A model generated the notes under the pieces. It saw only the letters and a list, made by a program, of their open reading frames with translations. It made no database searches and was not told where the DNA came from. Below, in pieces: positions 38,201 through 48,140 of a stretch of 64,000 bases of DNA; the stretch's first letter is position 1; each line of letters begins with the position of its first letter. The DNA is from Candidatus Woesearchaeota archaeon (GTDB lineage Archaea > Nanobdellota > Nanobdellia > Woesearchaeales > JABGUJ01): assembly GCA_018646625.1 (NCBI GenBank), contig JABGUJ010000001.1, positions 255,534 through 319,533 of the forward strand. The letters run 5' to 3'. The position numbers were made by a program, and so were the translations under genes.

Positions 38201-40489
38201 ACAATCTACCGTAAAAACTCTGTGGAAAATATCATTCTCAAGAGCTAAAGTGGGGGTCATAGGTAATCCTAACTCACCCACTAATTGCGGAGTCACTTCA
38301 TTACCCAACAATATGCCGCCATTATCATCATTCAAATTAGGTAAAGTTGGAAACAACGCCCCAACTACACCATCACCATCTTCATTTCTAACAACAGGAC
38401 CACCACAAAAGAACTCATCAAACCTATAACACTCAGTCGAAGCAGGTAAAACTGTCCCCCAACCATTAGAATTAGACTCAGTACCATCACTACAACAAGT
38501 GTGATTACCTAAAAAATCACTGAACGCAGCAGTTGGATCAACGTCGGGATAAGAGTCACCATGATAGTCACTAAAAGGGTAAATTGGTATTGGATCAGGA
38601 TATGCGCTCATGAGTACACCAGTTCTATGAGGTAAACACTGAGTAACATTTACTGTCCAATCTGCAGTCGCTTTCGGAGTGACATTTACTTCTAAAGAGA
38701 TATGGTGCGGAACCATGTAATGATGTGGTGCAACAGGTATAAAAGTTGTTATAGTGCTAAGAAGATCAGAAACATCTTGACACCCGGTATCTGGATGGTC
38801 AAACACAGAAATATGACCAATATTCAAATGTTGATAATAAGAGCAAGGACTAAAGTGAGTGAACATCACATTCTTAACATCCGGAACATAATCCCCATCA
38901 TTTCCTGGAAGAATCAACTCAGGATATGTATCGGAATAGGATTCATGAAATACTTCTTCACCTTCAGGGTACTCCTCATAATCCATCCAAATATATTGTC
39001 TTTCATCACCAGCATTAAAAATATCGGGGCTTTCTTCGTTAATCATCACAACATATGGGTCTTCTATAGAAGCTATCCTCGGATCTATGTCATCAAAAGG
39101 AGAAAAACCATGCAACATTACTTTCAAAATATCATCAACCAGTATACGAATAATTTGATAATCAATCAAATCATGCGGGTCTTTTACCCTTAGAGTAATA
39201 TTGTGATAGCCAACATCTTCGTGCGTTGTGTTATACGCAGTAGCTCTTAAAGTATCATTAAACATTTGTGAACTTTGAAGTTCTTGTGTTGTTATTATTG
39301 AATTACCTGAATAATTATAGACTAAATCAGGATTATCGGCATCATCAGGATCATAAGCAAATGGATCAATAAACAAAGTTCCACCTTCCATAACATGCAT
39401 ATCTACTTCAGGAGATGGCGCATAAGCAGTATAATCTAAAACAGGATTTCTGTTCTTCATACCTAAAGTGACTGTATAATCATCAGAAAACAAAACCGAT
39501 TGAGAGTCAATGATTCTAATTGCATCAACCCCTGGCAGAACATTAACATCATATTTTACGTTAAAATTACCCCCGCAACCAGGAAGTAAGATTGGGCCTC
39601 CAATCAAATTAAAAAGTAATTTCCTATTTTCATAACGCACAACATCTCTCGCACATTTGTATATTTGTTTCCATCTGATGTTTTCCTGCGTTGCATAAGT
39701 GGATTCTCTCACAACCGGTTCATTACCTTTTTGTGTAAACTCAACAGGAAAAGTAACATTAACAATCAAATCATCATCTCCAAAATTAATGCTAGCAGAA
39801 ACATTACCTTTAGTAACATTAAAACCCGCAAACCCTCCTGCAGCAGGCAAGATTGATTCAATATCAACACAAGTTGCAAGATTGTGTTCAATATATCTTT
39901 GTAAATGATATTGTGTAGAGACACCATCGCTTCCGGGAGGAACCGAAAGCAAAACTTCATCACCACACGATTCTGCGTCTTGACAAAGAGGCATTAATTT
40001 ATCTACACCATAAAGATATTTCATAGTATTGAATGGGTGAATATCGTGAACATATCTACAGTAAGGCCAATCGTTCACGAAATCTGAATTTAAACAAGGA
40101 TAAATTGGTGCAACAGGAAACTTACCTGGAGGATCCAGAGGTAAAGGTTGTATTATGAACGTAAAGTTGAACCTTCTCTCAGATGTCATGTCAGGACCTT
40201 TCCATGAAATTGGTTTAATCAAAGAATCGTCTGCTTGATCTGGATAAATGTACCCTCCTTGATTTGCAACATGGTATAATCCTTCTTGAGTCACTTGCTT
40301 CAGACATTTATCAACATAATATCCTAGAGCAGTCACCCTAAGAAAATCAGAATGTACCTTATCAACTTCTTTCTCAATTTGTGCGACAGAAACAACCTTA
40401 ACGGCAAAGAACATGAATCCGAATATTATAAAAATAATCATACCTAAAAGGATAAACAACGAAACCTGAGATTTTCTTCTTCGCATCAT
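35204..40489 (-). CDS. Giant (1761 aa) pilin-leader protein with Ig/cadherin-like domain and long Cys-rich region
   Basis: MMRRRKS/QVSLFILLGMIIFIIFG; NRNPVLD...AYDPDD...VKDP Ig-like domain; dozens of Cys in the C-terminal two thirds. Confidence 0.86.
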   Translation of the reverse strand: MMRRRKSQVSLFILLGMIIFIIFGFMFFAVKVVSVAQIEKEVDKVHSDFLRVTALGYYVDKCLKQVTQEGLYHVANQGGYIYPDQADDSLIKPISWKGPDMTSERRFNFTFIIQPLPLDPPGKFPVAPIYPCLNSDFVNDWPYCRYVHDIHPFNTMKYLYGVDKLMPLCQDAESCGDEVLLSVPPGSDGVSTQYHLQRYIEHNLATCVDIESILPAAGGFAGFNVTKGNVSASINFGDDDLIVNVTFPVEFTQKGNEPVVRESTYATQENIRWKQIYKCARDVVRYENRKLLFNLIGGPILLPGCGGNFNVKYDVNVLPGVDAIRIIDSQSVLFSDDYTVTLGMKNRNPVLDYTAYAPSPEVDMHVMEGGTLFIDPFAYDPDDADNPDLVYNYSGNSIITTQELQSSQMFNDTLRATAYNTTHEDVGYHNITLRVKDPHDLIDYQIIRILVDDILKVMLHGFSPFDDIDPRIASIEDPYVVMINEESPDIFNAGDERQYIWMDYEEYPEGEEVFHESYSDTYPELILPGNDGDYVPDVKNVMFTHFSPCSYYQHLNIGHISVFDHPDTGCQDVSDLLSTITTFIPVAPHHYMVPHHISLEVNVTPKATADWTVNVTQCLPHRTGVLMSAYPDPIPIYPFSDYHGDSYPDVDPTAAFSDFLGNHTCCSDGTESNSNGWGTVLPASTECYRFDEFFCGGPVVRNEDGDGVVGALFPTLPNLNDDNGGILLGNEVTPQLVGELGLPMTPTLALENDIFHRVFTVDCNGERGNICNGSTADNYVRNMSCLDYEDDEVQRCKGCGVFGTRIEYDPFEGLHCKKFSYDTFERLSGLPDKIGESDFTKYHITSPGYDNTIPLCNPKWKCSTSSQYNEVGPYRAQSVCYEGECNDRPVNLFCEANGHIPGALSVYDAISGGCGEADLACGCGEADLACDNMYKGFLPKLSQSCGNGNKPYFLDYCDGSCNANDQPTKFVCKSEQFPDGTGGGFINCDCGNNNVDNKCHGVSVSNPIIPSCGLDPPWFPDKCKETNTGSLQIVDSFVQFDVGCEAECNSPDNPFSCISLITAACAIGEDAPCDGVNLNSPAALCGLLNSANECADCIEGAGLGDTGTVCQQCQIGCCVGSFTEGGDLCWTKSVASATYNNPPAAVKNNGGGVGCHANPTPESPSTLHPDDPNDHLCHGFPPGSAYEGRKRGCEDDCTSVKCEPYSFLTKSEVNSAYIGEYFSSLLPIPLGYDTGDSRCIIQSDLDAVYDPVMSDPDLNANVDGNSEFCAVGYDIDIAGLRDNTASKTYCVKCTNNIQGVTSGVTGASGVGKCESGGDITGATLNDDCNAHLPCDEKDPKQYVFSGVSTKFCGSDCKVCPSSKEVVWYSDTNKNCGCAAPPPGVPSYACDSDIDGTPDGTCVKYLGSNYNCDSIIDEGVIEDGRRCTHVSDDVRICDTDVSTSLASLDGFQSNGVLTGVGVCVNDDLGDDKYDSCDTEEHTKDFCLSGDSLTYLVNCDPGDVCEDDAAYANSLDLTGVVFSQGSNNHCCRQLGFALFDSVTDDEMYACYESSCNLATDSNCDQDVDDELKVCGWILDGEVEYKRGISYITEDDSLGCCGLIGNKVLVADGDGWKCVNENQVDDEIDDDDGSGCYSNAEMTGLGSIYVSANALNSGWESPCLDGKDVGQVLPNELIVNTFGSFSQIEIQFLDSGDVSVLESDIRVVVNGCSLSGVVGNTLYPDSDSEAYPKSFSGSCHNPQFKIRNNNPNSDFKYKVVLQVS
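37700..37753. repeat. Perfect in-frame 2 x 27-nt tandem duplication (GCGEADLAC x2)
   Basis: gcaagctaaatccgcctcaccacaccc repeated twice head to tail. Confidence 0.95.
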
Positions 40490-40500
40490 TTAACATTTGC

Positions 40501-43500
40501 TCATTCCATAAAATCCTTAACTCTAATGCGCGCAGTGATTTTTTTAGAAGCATCAAACAATCTATACCGATCTTTAGTCTCAGATTCTATATTGCCATGT
40601 TCCCAATACCCTTCGATCAACACCCCGTCCTCTTTTTGAGAACATACAAAATCATCAAAGGCCTCATCGGGTGCGGCATTATCCTGCATAACAACAGACA
40701 ATTTTCCTTGATCATTCATAAAAGAATTATAATCATACGTCATCAATGTATTACAAAGAACATCACCACTATCAAAATTTGTAAAATTAGCTCTAAAGTA
40801 ATAAGTTTCAAACAAAGTTTGTTCTGGATCAACGTGTTGTGTATATGCCATAACTTCTTTAGTCAAATCAGAATTGTCTTCTTCACCAACAGGATGATGT
40901 ACAAGCATGAAAATATCATCAAAATCTAAAACCCTTACAAAATATCTTAAATTCTCAGCAGTAGTGTAATCTAAAGAAGCCCCAAACACAGTATAGAACA
41001 AACTTCTCACCCAATCAACCACCTTATGAAATAAAGTCTTATAATCATCATTCATAAAATCAGAATTTATGGATGCATCACTAAAAATAATATTCATCAG
41101 TTCGCCATTCATGAACGCTAATTCATCAGACCCACAATCGAGATAATTACTATCACCAAACCCAACACCACAATCAGAATAATTCATATTGATTCTTCTA
41201 AATCCAAAATAAGTATCGTTCGCATATATATTCAAAGATGTGCCAACTAACGTTTCCTCTACACCCCCGGTTGATAAAATTCTAAGAACACAAACATTAT
41301 TAATGCAATCGCCTATCGGATCATCGGACGCATACCCACAAGACCTCCGTTCATCTTCCGTTTGAGCACCAAAAGTAGCACAGCTGTCATCATTTGTATT
41401 AATACAATAATCAGGAGAAATAATTTCTAAAATTTCCCCGGCACCCCCTGTAGAATATTTTAAATCATTAATTACCTCTGAATAATCGGCACAATAAAGA
41501 GAGGCCTCTCTCACATTTTCCCCCATCTCAGCCGCTTTACTTTTATAAAAATCTAGAAGATGATCCGCAATCATCTTTGTTCTAGTAGTCCAACTACCAT
41601 TATAACATAAGTGATCACCAATAAATTGCATGTCGTTTATACATTGAGGATTAAGATCTCTTATATCAAATGAATTTTCAATACCATAAACACTCTCCAA
41701 GTCAGTATTTGCATAGTTCCTATACCCATACTTCCAATCTTCTCCTTCGGGATCAACTAAACACTGAGTTTCATATGGACACCAGCCAACCTTGCTTCTA
41801 TCCCAAGAATATTTCTTATGAGTCAAAACCCAAGAAGCGTTCAAAGTTAAATTATTCGCAATGACTATTCTTTCTAATTCAATATCGTCAAGGTTACCAG
41901 CACTTCCAGGACCTAAACTAGCAATTGCTTTAGCCTCAGTTTTAGCATATGTAGAATGATACTCACTCTGATTTATTACACATCTATAGCCAACACTTCC
42001 ATCCCCACTAATGAATTTAGGATCTCTGGATGCATTACGTTCATACAATTCAGCGGCAACACAATACTGACCAGTCCAACAGAAATCACTGGGACAACAC
42101 GAACTTGATTGATGTCCGATTGCAGGAAGAGCCGCACCAAATTCTTGTTCCAACTCTCCGATTTCTTCTTCTTTAAGTGTATAATATATTTTGATATTAT
42201 CAACTTTAATTCCTGCAACATCAGATCCCATCAAAAACTTTAAGCTTACATATCCCACATCTAAATTCTCAGTATTAACATCAACTTTTGCAGATTCCCA
42301 CTCGCCCTTCGGCAAAAACAGACCAGAACCCACACCTAGATCATTGAAAGTACAATTAATCTTATTCAACTCACCAACACATTCAAATGAATAATCTGCA
42401 AGAATATTATGATCAAACTCCAATGTAATGCCTTGACCATCATAATGAAAAAAATTAGATGTAAGATAACCGTCCGCATAAAAAGTCACATAATAATTAA
42501 CAGAGTAATTAGAAACATCTTCCGAAACGGGTACCGCACCAGGATAGGGCCCATAATCCCAACCAGTATCTCCTAAATGAATTTCAACATCCTCAATATC
42601 ATTAAACTCATCATTACCAAATGGCTGATACAAACTATACGCTGCCAAGTAATTATCTCTAATGGTATCTCTGTTATATGGTCTGGCAACAAATATTTCA
42701 TTAGAACTAATAATAGGCTCATCTTCGCTATTTAGAACAATTTCTCCAATAAATGTAGCACCATTATTCTTCTCACCAGAAGCTTCACCATTCCATCCCT
42801 TTGAAACCTTAGGATAATCTTGATGCTTATTCACATCACAGAAATACCCTGCAGCAATGCCACATTGATTGGAAGGAACATATGTATCATCAGTCAAATA
42901 ATCTTTCAACGTTTCGTTGATAAACGCACTAACCTCGCAAGTACGAAATGCTTGATCAAAATACAACAAAGACATCGGCGCAGTCACAACCAACTGATCG
43001 GTCCTTTCCGCATCCATATACTCTTCATCCATATATTCTAAAGCAAGATCTGTATTGGGTTTGAATATTGACATTGCCACATTCTCATGATCCTTATTAA
43101 GAACAGTTACAACAGAAACGGCATTACGAACCATTTCTTTACTAAGATCTGTTGAATGGGGCATCATATGCTCAATTGGCAAAACACATCCAGATGAATT
43201 ATAACAGAATGTAAAAACAGGATCTATAGGAGCCTCGTCAAGTTGAGTTTCATAACCAACCACTGCAGCCCTAGCACCTGAAGCCAAAACAGAAGAAAAC
43301 AAACAACCATGCTGGGTGTCAGAAAATATTTCTCTGTCATCACTAGAACCGGAATCATAAATAAAACTACTTAACCGATCCCCAGATCTAAAACCGCAAC
43401 ACCTGGTACCTGTCCACTTATAACCAGGAATACTATCACAGATGTGTTTATACATATTATCTCTATCGGCCTGATACGGCAACAAAGTTTCCAAAGGTCT

Positions 43501-46500
43501 TTCATTACCTTCCCCATATTCTAAAGTAGAAACAGTAGTTGAATCAAGATCGCTAACCCACAAAGTATCATAACTATCGGCATTAGAACCAAGAGGCGCT
43601 AATGAAGTACAATAATAATCTTTTTGCGTAGGATCAGCACCATCCCGCAACCCGGGAGACTTGGAAAAATATATCTTATCGATTGCAAAAATATTATCGT
43701 ATCCCCCATTTAGTCCTGAAGCCGGTGCGTGTGTTTTTTTGTCAGGATCTAAACCATGAAGATAACCATTTTTTTGTGACAACACAAGCAAATCTACCCT
43801 CTCCCCTGAAAATCCAGAAGCCAAAGCACTAATTGGGATCTTAACATGTAGCCACTTATTTAATCCCGGACCATTCACTATATACCTCGCCAAAGGAATA
43901 GATAAAACTGACTCTTCAACTTTCAACAAACTACAACTATCTATCAACTCGTTCAGATTAAGAGAATCCTTATCAAAATAATCAACCCAATCACCACAAT
44001 CAGCAAAATTCAAATCAAAAGAATAACTATTGCTTGTTTTAATTATAATATTTAGAAATTCAAACTGTTCTTCGCCAACAAAGTCGAAGAATCTATCGTT
44101 GATATCTAAATCCGCCATCTCCATATCAAAAAATAAAGAAACAGGGTAATAGATAGATTCTTGACCTGGTACCTTATTCACACCAACAACATACGCACAG
44201 TTAGCAGACTGCTTGTCGCCCGGACAAGGAAATTCAAACAAAGTATTCAAAGGGGAACCAGACCGTCTCAATCGTCTTTCAGAAACATAAGGTAAAGCAG
44301 ACAGGTCATGAGAGACTTTCTGTCTAGTTGAATATTGTTTATTCACACAATGAACTTTATTATGCCCACAACACTCAACAAATAATCCCTTTTCTTCATC
44401 TCCATTACACATAAACCTATATGGTTTTACTCTATTAGTAAATTCATAATCAATATTCTCGGGAGTCTCTTGTACACACTGGCCTTCATCAGGCTTATCA
44501 CAAAAATCATCCTCATCTTTACCATCACAATCACAATCACAATTCCCATTTACTGAACCAGGATAAACAAAGGAATTTTCATCATCGCAATCTAAATTAT
44601 GTGCACCTAGAATTTCCAAATAATGCGAACAATCTGCCTTGTTACTTATGTCACGAACATCTTGATAATAAAAAAATCCATCTCCATCATTATCACATGG
44701 AACTTTATTAAAAGAGGATTGAAAATCCGTATTATTTACTTCAACAGTATTAGACCCGATAGCATCTCCTGAAGTTGTAGAAGAGCCAGAACCAGTCCCG
44801 CCTTCGTTATTGCCAGGATCTAAATCATCATACGCGGAAGAAAAAGACGCAACATCTACATAAGGAGGGCGCATATATTTCTTAAGCGAGTTACCCGAGA
44901 GATGTTTACCTCGATTGGCTAAATCTGTCTCATACTCTAAAAGAGCATAATTTCTCAATCCTGTAAACCCCTCTACAGAACTATTATCGTCATTATTAAA
45001 AGAATCATCATCCCAAATCTCTAAAGGTGAATAATCTGAAAAACAACCGTACCAAGTTGCCTTATCTGGTTCTTGCGAAGTTCCAGGAAAACCACCAACA
45101 GTTCCCGCCAAAAGATCGTATTTGAATGAATCGTCAGGCGATTCTTTTGCACCAATATCAACAAAAGGCACATCCAGATCTAATATAACATTGTAATTAC
45201 TTTCAAATCCTGCATCCATTATCCTCAAATCATCATCAGAAGAATTAGAGGGAGCACAAACAAAAGTATATTCCATTCCAGTAATACTAGTCTCATGTCC
45301 TCCAGGCACAGTTTTAACACGATACGCTGGAATAATTACCCCTAAATCTAAAAGAGGATTATCCCCACAACAAGAATTAGACTTAAAGGATGTTTTTACT
45401 TGATATGTTTCATTACTAGTAAGATCGGGAAAATCATCTACATAATCATCTCCGCCCAGTCCTCTATAAGGATCAAACCATGTTTGAAGATTACCATAAA
45501 CAAAATTTCGAGCCAAGTCTCTTTCTTTAGATTCATCGGGAGACCAAAACGCAAAGTTACAAGAAGGACAATATTTACCTAAAGACATATCCACGTTAAA
45601 ACCTAAACAAGGACCAGAATTATAAGTTCCTAATTTATCACATACATTCTTAGTCCATCCACCTATATCAAGATTATCGCCCTCACTATCAACTCCATCG
45701 AATCGAGATCCCAAAACAATTCCGCCTTTGGCCGCACAAATCTCTGGAAAAGAGCCCCACCTATAAACGCTTATATCGTCACCATCAGTATTAGGATCTA
45801 AACTATAATCATAACATCCAAACATATCCCACGGATTCACATCTTGATCGCCAGAACCAATAACTTCCGTATCTCCTTTTTTTTCCAATTCCCTATCATA
45901 CAAAAGAGCTGTAGGCTTAGTAATAAACAACCTTGAAGGAAATTTTGGCGAAGCAGCATATGGATTAATAGTATCCTCGTCCACACCTCTATCGCTACAA
46001 CAGCTCCCAATTGCAGATTTTCTGAAGGGTTCACAACCGGCAAAATCTAATCCATCAGCCGTATCACAGTCAAACCCACCGTCAACAATGGACCTAAATG
46101 GTTGATCACCTACGTCATACTTAAAGAAATCACCAATCTTTTCCTCACAGTATCCACTCAGAGGCAAAATAATACGACGCATATCGCCTTCTACTTTAAG
46201 ATCATCACTGTTCAACAACGCCCCAAGACTTTGTTGTTCCGTGGCCATCATATCGGGACCCACAGTAGGATTAAATATTTGAAAATAACCTCTATCGGCC
46301 TCATTCTGATTAATCGCAGAAAAATAACCATCAACGGCGGGAACAATCTCGGGAAAGTCTGTAGTCTTATTAAAAATTTGATAAACAAGAACTAAATCCT
46401 TAATATCGCACCCATCATTTTTATTAAACAATTCATAATTAGAGGGAGAGATATACAAGTCATGAAAATTTCTGAAGAAGATGGTGGTAGACGTAGGACC

Positions 46501-46833
46501 GACCGGAAAAGTTTCATAAACAAAACTTTGAAAACTATTAAAAGAGTTCTTAAATTGATGATCCAGATCAGCATTAAGAAAAACCGTTCCCTCAGGTATT
46601 GTACAAGCACTAGTTGAAGGAACTGCAAAATACATAGCCGCGCCATATAAGTTGTTGTCATTACTCACACCTTCATCAGCATCATAATTAACAGGAATAG
46701 TTTCAGGAATCGGAATACATCCATCTCCACTACAATCTGCATAATCGATAGAACTAGCTATAGGAATAACTAACACTAAAAAAACAAAGAGCAGCACAGA
46801 AAAAGACCGCACACGCCTCAATGCCAAATTCAC
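40501..46833 (-). CDS. Very large (2110 aa) secreted acidic Cys-rich protein
   Basis: GTG start with SD GAGGTGG; Sec signal peptide; CDNDGDGF...DCDDENSFVYPG motif; CC/CCG modules; no C-terminal TM. Confidence 0.86.
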   Translation of the reverse strand: MNLALRRVRSFSVLLFVFLVLVIPIASSIDYADCSGDGCIPIPETIPVNYDADEGVSNDNNLYGAAMYFAVPSTSACTIPEGTVFLNADLDHQFKNSFNSFQSFVYETFPVGPTSTTIFFRNFHDLYISPSNYELFNKNDGCDIKDLVLVYQIFNKTTDFPEIVPAVDGYFSAINQNEADRGYFQIFNPTVGPDMMATEQQSLGALLNSDDLKVEGDMRRIILPLSGYCEEKIGDFFKYDVGDQPFRSIVDGGFDCDTADGLDFAGCEPFRKSAIGSCCSDRGVDEDTINPYAASPKFPSRLFITKPTALLYDRELEKKGDTEVIGSGDQDVNPWDMFGCYDYSLDPNTDGDDISVYRWGSFPEICAAKGGIVLGSRFDGVDSEGDNLDIGGWTKNVCDKLGTYNSGPCLGFNVDMSLGKYCPSCNFAFWSPDESKERDLARNFVYGNLQTWFDPYRGLGGDDYVDDFPDLTSNETYQVKTSFKSNSCCGDNPLLDLGVIIPAYRVKTVPGGHETSITGMEYTFVCAPSNSSDDDLRIMDAGFESNYNVILDLDVPFVDIGAKESPDDSFKYDLLAGTVGGFPGTSQEPDKATWYGCFSDYSPLEIWDDDSFNNDDNSSVEGFTGLRNYALLEYETDLANRGKHLSGNSLKKYMRPPYVDVASFSSAYDDLDPGNNEGGTGSGSSTTSGDAIGSNTVEVNNTDFQSSFNKVPCDNDGDGFFYYQDVRDISNKADCSHYLEILGAHNLDCDDENSFVYPGSVNGNCDCDCDGKDEDDFCDKPDEGQCVQETPENIDYEFTNRVKPYRFMCNGDEEKGLFVECCGHNKVHCVNKQYSTRQKVSHDLSALPYVSERRLRRSGSPLNTLFEFPCPGDKQSANCAYVVGVNKVPGQESIYYPVSLFFDMEMADLDINDRFFDFVGEEQFEFLNIIIKTSNSYSFDLNFADCGDWVDYFDKDSLNLNELIDSCSLLKVEESVLSIPLARYIVNGPGLNKWLHVKIPISALASGFSGERVDLLVLSQKNGYLHGLDPDKKTHAPASGLNGGYDNIFAIDKIYFSKSPGLRDGADPTQKDYYCTSLAPLGSNADSYDTLWVSDLDSTTVSTLEYGEGNERPLETLLPYQADRDNMYKHICDSIPGYKWTGTRCCGFRSGDRLSSFIYDSGSSDDREIFSDTQHGCLFSSVLASGARAAVVGYETQLDEAPIDPVFTFCYNSSGCVLPIEHMMPHSTDLSKEMVRNAVSVVTVLNKDHENVAMSIFKPNTDLALEYMDEEYMDAERTDQLVVTAPMSLLYFDQAFRTCEVSAFINETLKDYLTDDTYVPSNQCGIAAGYFCDVNKHQDYPKVSKGWNGEASGEKNNGATFIGEIVLNSEDEPIISSNEIFVARPYNRDTIRDNYLAAYSLYQPFGNDEFNDIEDVEIHLGDTGWDYGPYPGAVPVSEDVSNYSVNYYVTFYADGYLTSNFFHYDGQGITLEFDHNILADYSFECVGELNKINCTFNDLGVGSGLFLPKGEWESAKVDVNTENLDVGYVSLKFLMGSDVAGIKVDNIKIYYTLKEEEIGELEQEFGAALPAIGHQSSSCCPSDFCWTGQYCVAAELYERNASRDPKFISGDGSVGYRCVINQSEYHSTYAKTEAKAIASLGPGSAGNLDDIELERIVIANNLTLNASWVLTHKKYSWDRSKVGWCPYETQCLVDPEGEDWKYGYRNYANTDLESVYGIENSFDIRDLNPQCINDMQFIGDHLCYNGSWTTRTKMIADHLLDFYKSKAAEMGENVREASLYCADYSEVINDLKYSTGGAGEILEIISPDYCINTNDDSCATFGAQTEDERRSCGYASDDPIGDCINNVCVLRILSTGGVEETLVGTSLNIYANDTYFGFRRINMNYSDCGVGFGDSNYLDCGSDELAFMNGELMNIIFSDASINSDFMNDDYKTLFHKVVDWVRSLFYTVFGASLDYTTAENLRYFVRVLDFDDIFMLVHHPVGEEDNSDLTKEVMAYTQHVDPEQTLFETYYFRANFTNFDSGDVLCNTLMTYDYNSFMNDQGKLSVVMQDNAAPDEAFDDFVCSQKEDGVLIEGYWEHGNIESETKDRYRLFDASKKITARIRVKDFME

Positions 46834-46916
46834 TAAAAAACCACCTCTGATACCCCACTAAACACGGATGAAGAAAAACGCCTAAGGCCAAGAATAAACC
46901 CAATCACCGCTTTTTT

Positions 46917-46960
46917 CACCAAAGTATAGTATTTATAAAGAAGTCCGTTTATTAGTATTT
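46917..46960 (-). promoter_or_regulatory. Putative promoter block of the 2110/1761-aa operon
   Basis: Minus strand AAATACTAATAAACGG...TTTATAAATACTATACTTTGGTG; resembles 33701-33756. Confidence 0.5.
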
Positions 46961-47075
46961 AAAAGTTTTGATAAAACTGAGAAATATACATAATAGAGAC
47001 TTAAAGAATAACAACTAAGAAGTAGCCAAATTAAAAAGTAAACATCTTTAAACAAAAACTCCTCACACAGATACC

Positions 47076-48122
47076 ATGAAAGAAGTTCTACTCATTCCAA
47101 TTCTGATATTAGCAATAAAGTCGAGTTATGATCAACTAAAGAACAAAAAAACCACAAATAAAACAATAATCATGTGCGCCATACTCGCCATTGCAATATA
47201 CGTAATTCTACTAACAACTAATACAATTTCAGGTAAAGAATTAATAGAAACCGTCTTGCTTGCATCAATTTCTCTAATTATAGGATATGCGCTATGGCAT
47301 TACAAAATATGGAGCTCGAGTGATGCTAAAATTTTTGCAGCATACACTCTAATGATCCCCCAGATACTGCCAGGATTAACAACATTCCAGAGCGCAAGTG
47401 TCATAAGAATATTAGTAAATGCGGCCATACCGCTAGCTATAATATATTCAATAAAAATCATAGCTCAATCAGAAAACAAATCAAAAATAGATGCCATAAA
47501 AATGTTTTTCAACATAAAAATAATATCAGAATACCTTCTTTCAATATTTGGTATTGGGTGGGTAGTAAACATAATAATTGGACAAACCAACTTACAATCG
47601 AACATACTAACCTATGCCATCTTAATAACCGTCATATACAAGATACTTGACAAACTATGGAAAGAAGAAAAAAAGTACATCATAATTCTCTTAAGTATCT
47701 TAAGAGTCTTTTTTGAAACAAATTACATCCTATCTCTTAATTTTCTCACTACATACATACTATCCTCGTTAATTTTCCTTTTATTAATAATTGCAGTATC
47801 TCAACTAGGTAACAACCTAACAAAAAAGAAAAAGGTTTTTAGAATAAAAGAAGGAGACGTTGTGGTACAAGCCATAACTAAAAGTGGAGAACTCACTAGC
47901 AGAATAACATCTAAAAATAAAGAAGACTATGTGTTTATTCCAAAAAAAGAAGGCATAACCGAACATGATAGAAAACTCATACAAAGTGCCATAAATAAGA
48001 AGAATAACAAAATAACCATACTAGAAAAGATTGATTTTCGAATATATTTAGCAATAGGTGCACTATTAACTACGCAGATAGCTCAGAACATCATAACGAT
48101 GTTATCGTATATATTTATATAA
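47076..48122 (+). CDS. A24 prepilin peptidase-like polytopic membrane protein, degenerate catalytic motifs
   Basis: SYDQLKNKKTTN (cf. SYxDxKxxxIxN), IWSSSDAKIF (cf. WGGGDxKL), ~9 hydrophobic helices, soluble IKEGDVV...EGIT insert and C-terminal FRIYLAIGALLT as in EppA-type peptidases. Confidence 0.72.
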   Translation: MKEVLLIPILILAIKSSYDQLKNKKTTNKTIIMCAILAIAIYVILLTTNTISGKELIETVLLASISLIIGYALWHYKIWSSSDAKIFAAYTLMIPQILPGLTTFQSASVIRILVNAAIPLAIIYSIKIIAQSENKSKIDAIKMFFNIKIISEYLLSIFGIGWVVNIIIGQTNLQSNILTYAILITVIYKILDKLWKEEKKYIIILLSILRVFFETNYILSLNFLTTYILSSLIFLLLIIAVSQLGNNLTKKKKVFRIKEGDVVVQAITKSGELTSRITSKNKEDYVFIPKKEGITEHDRKLIQSAINKKNNKITILEKIDFRIYLAIGALLTTQIAQNIITMLSYIFI

Positions 48123-48140
48123 TTGATCCCAAAATAAAAG

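Noticed and set aside
11011..46661. Many 60-160-aa ORFs nested in or antisense to the giant genes
   Set aside because: No motifs or start signals; expected by-products of biased codon usage in long ORFs
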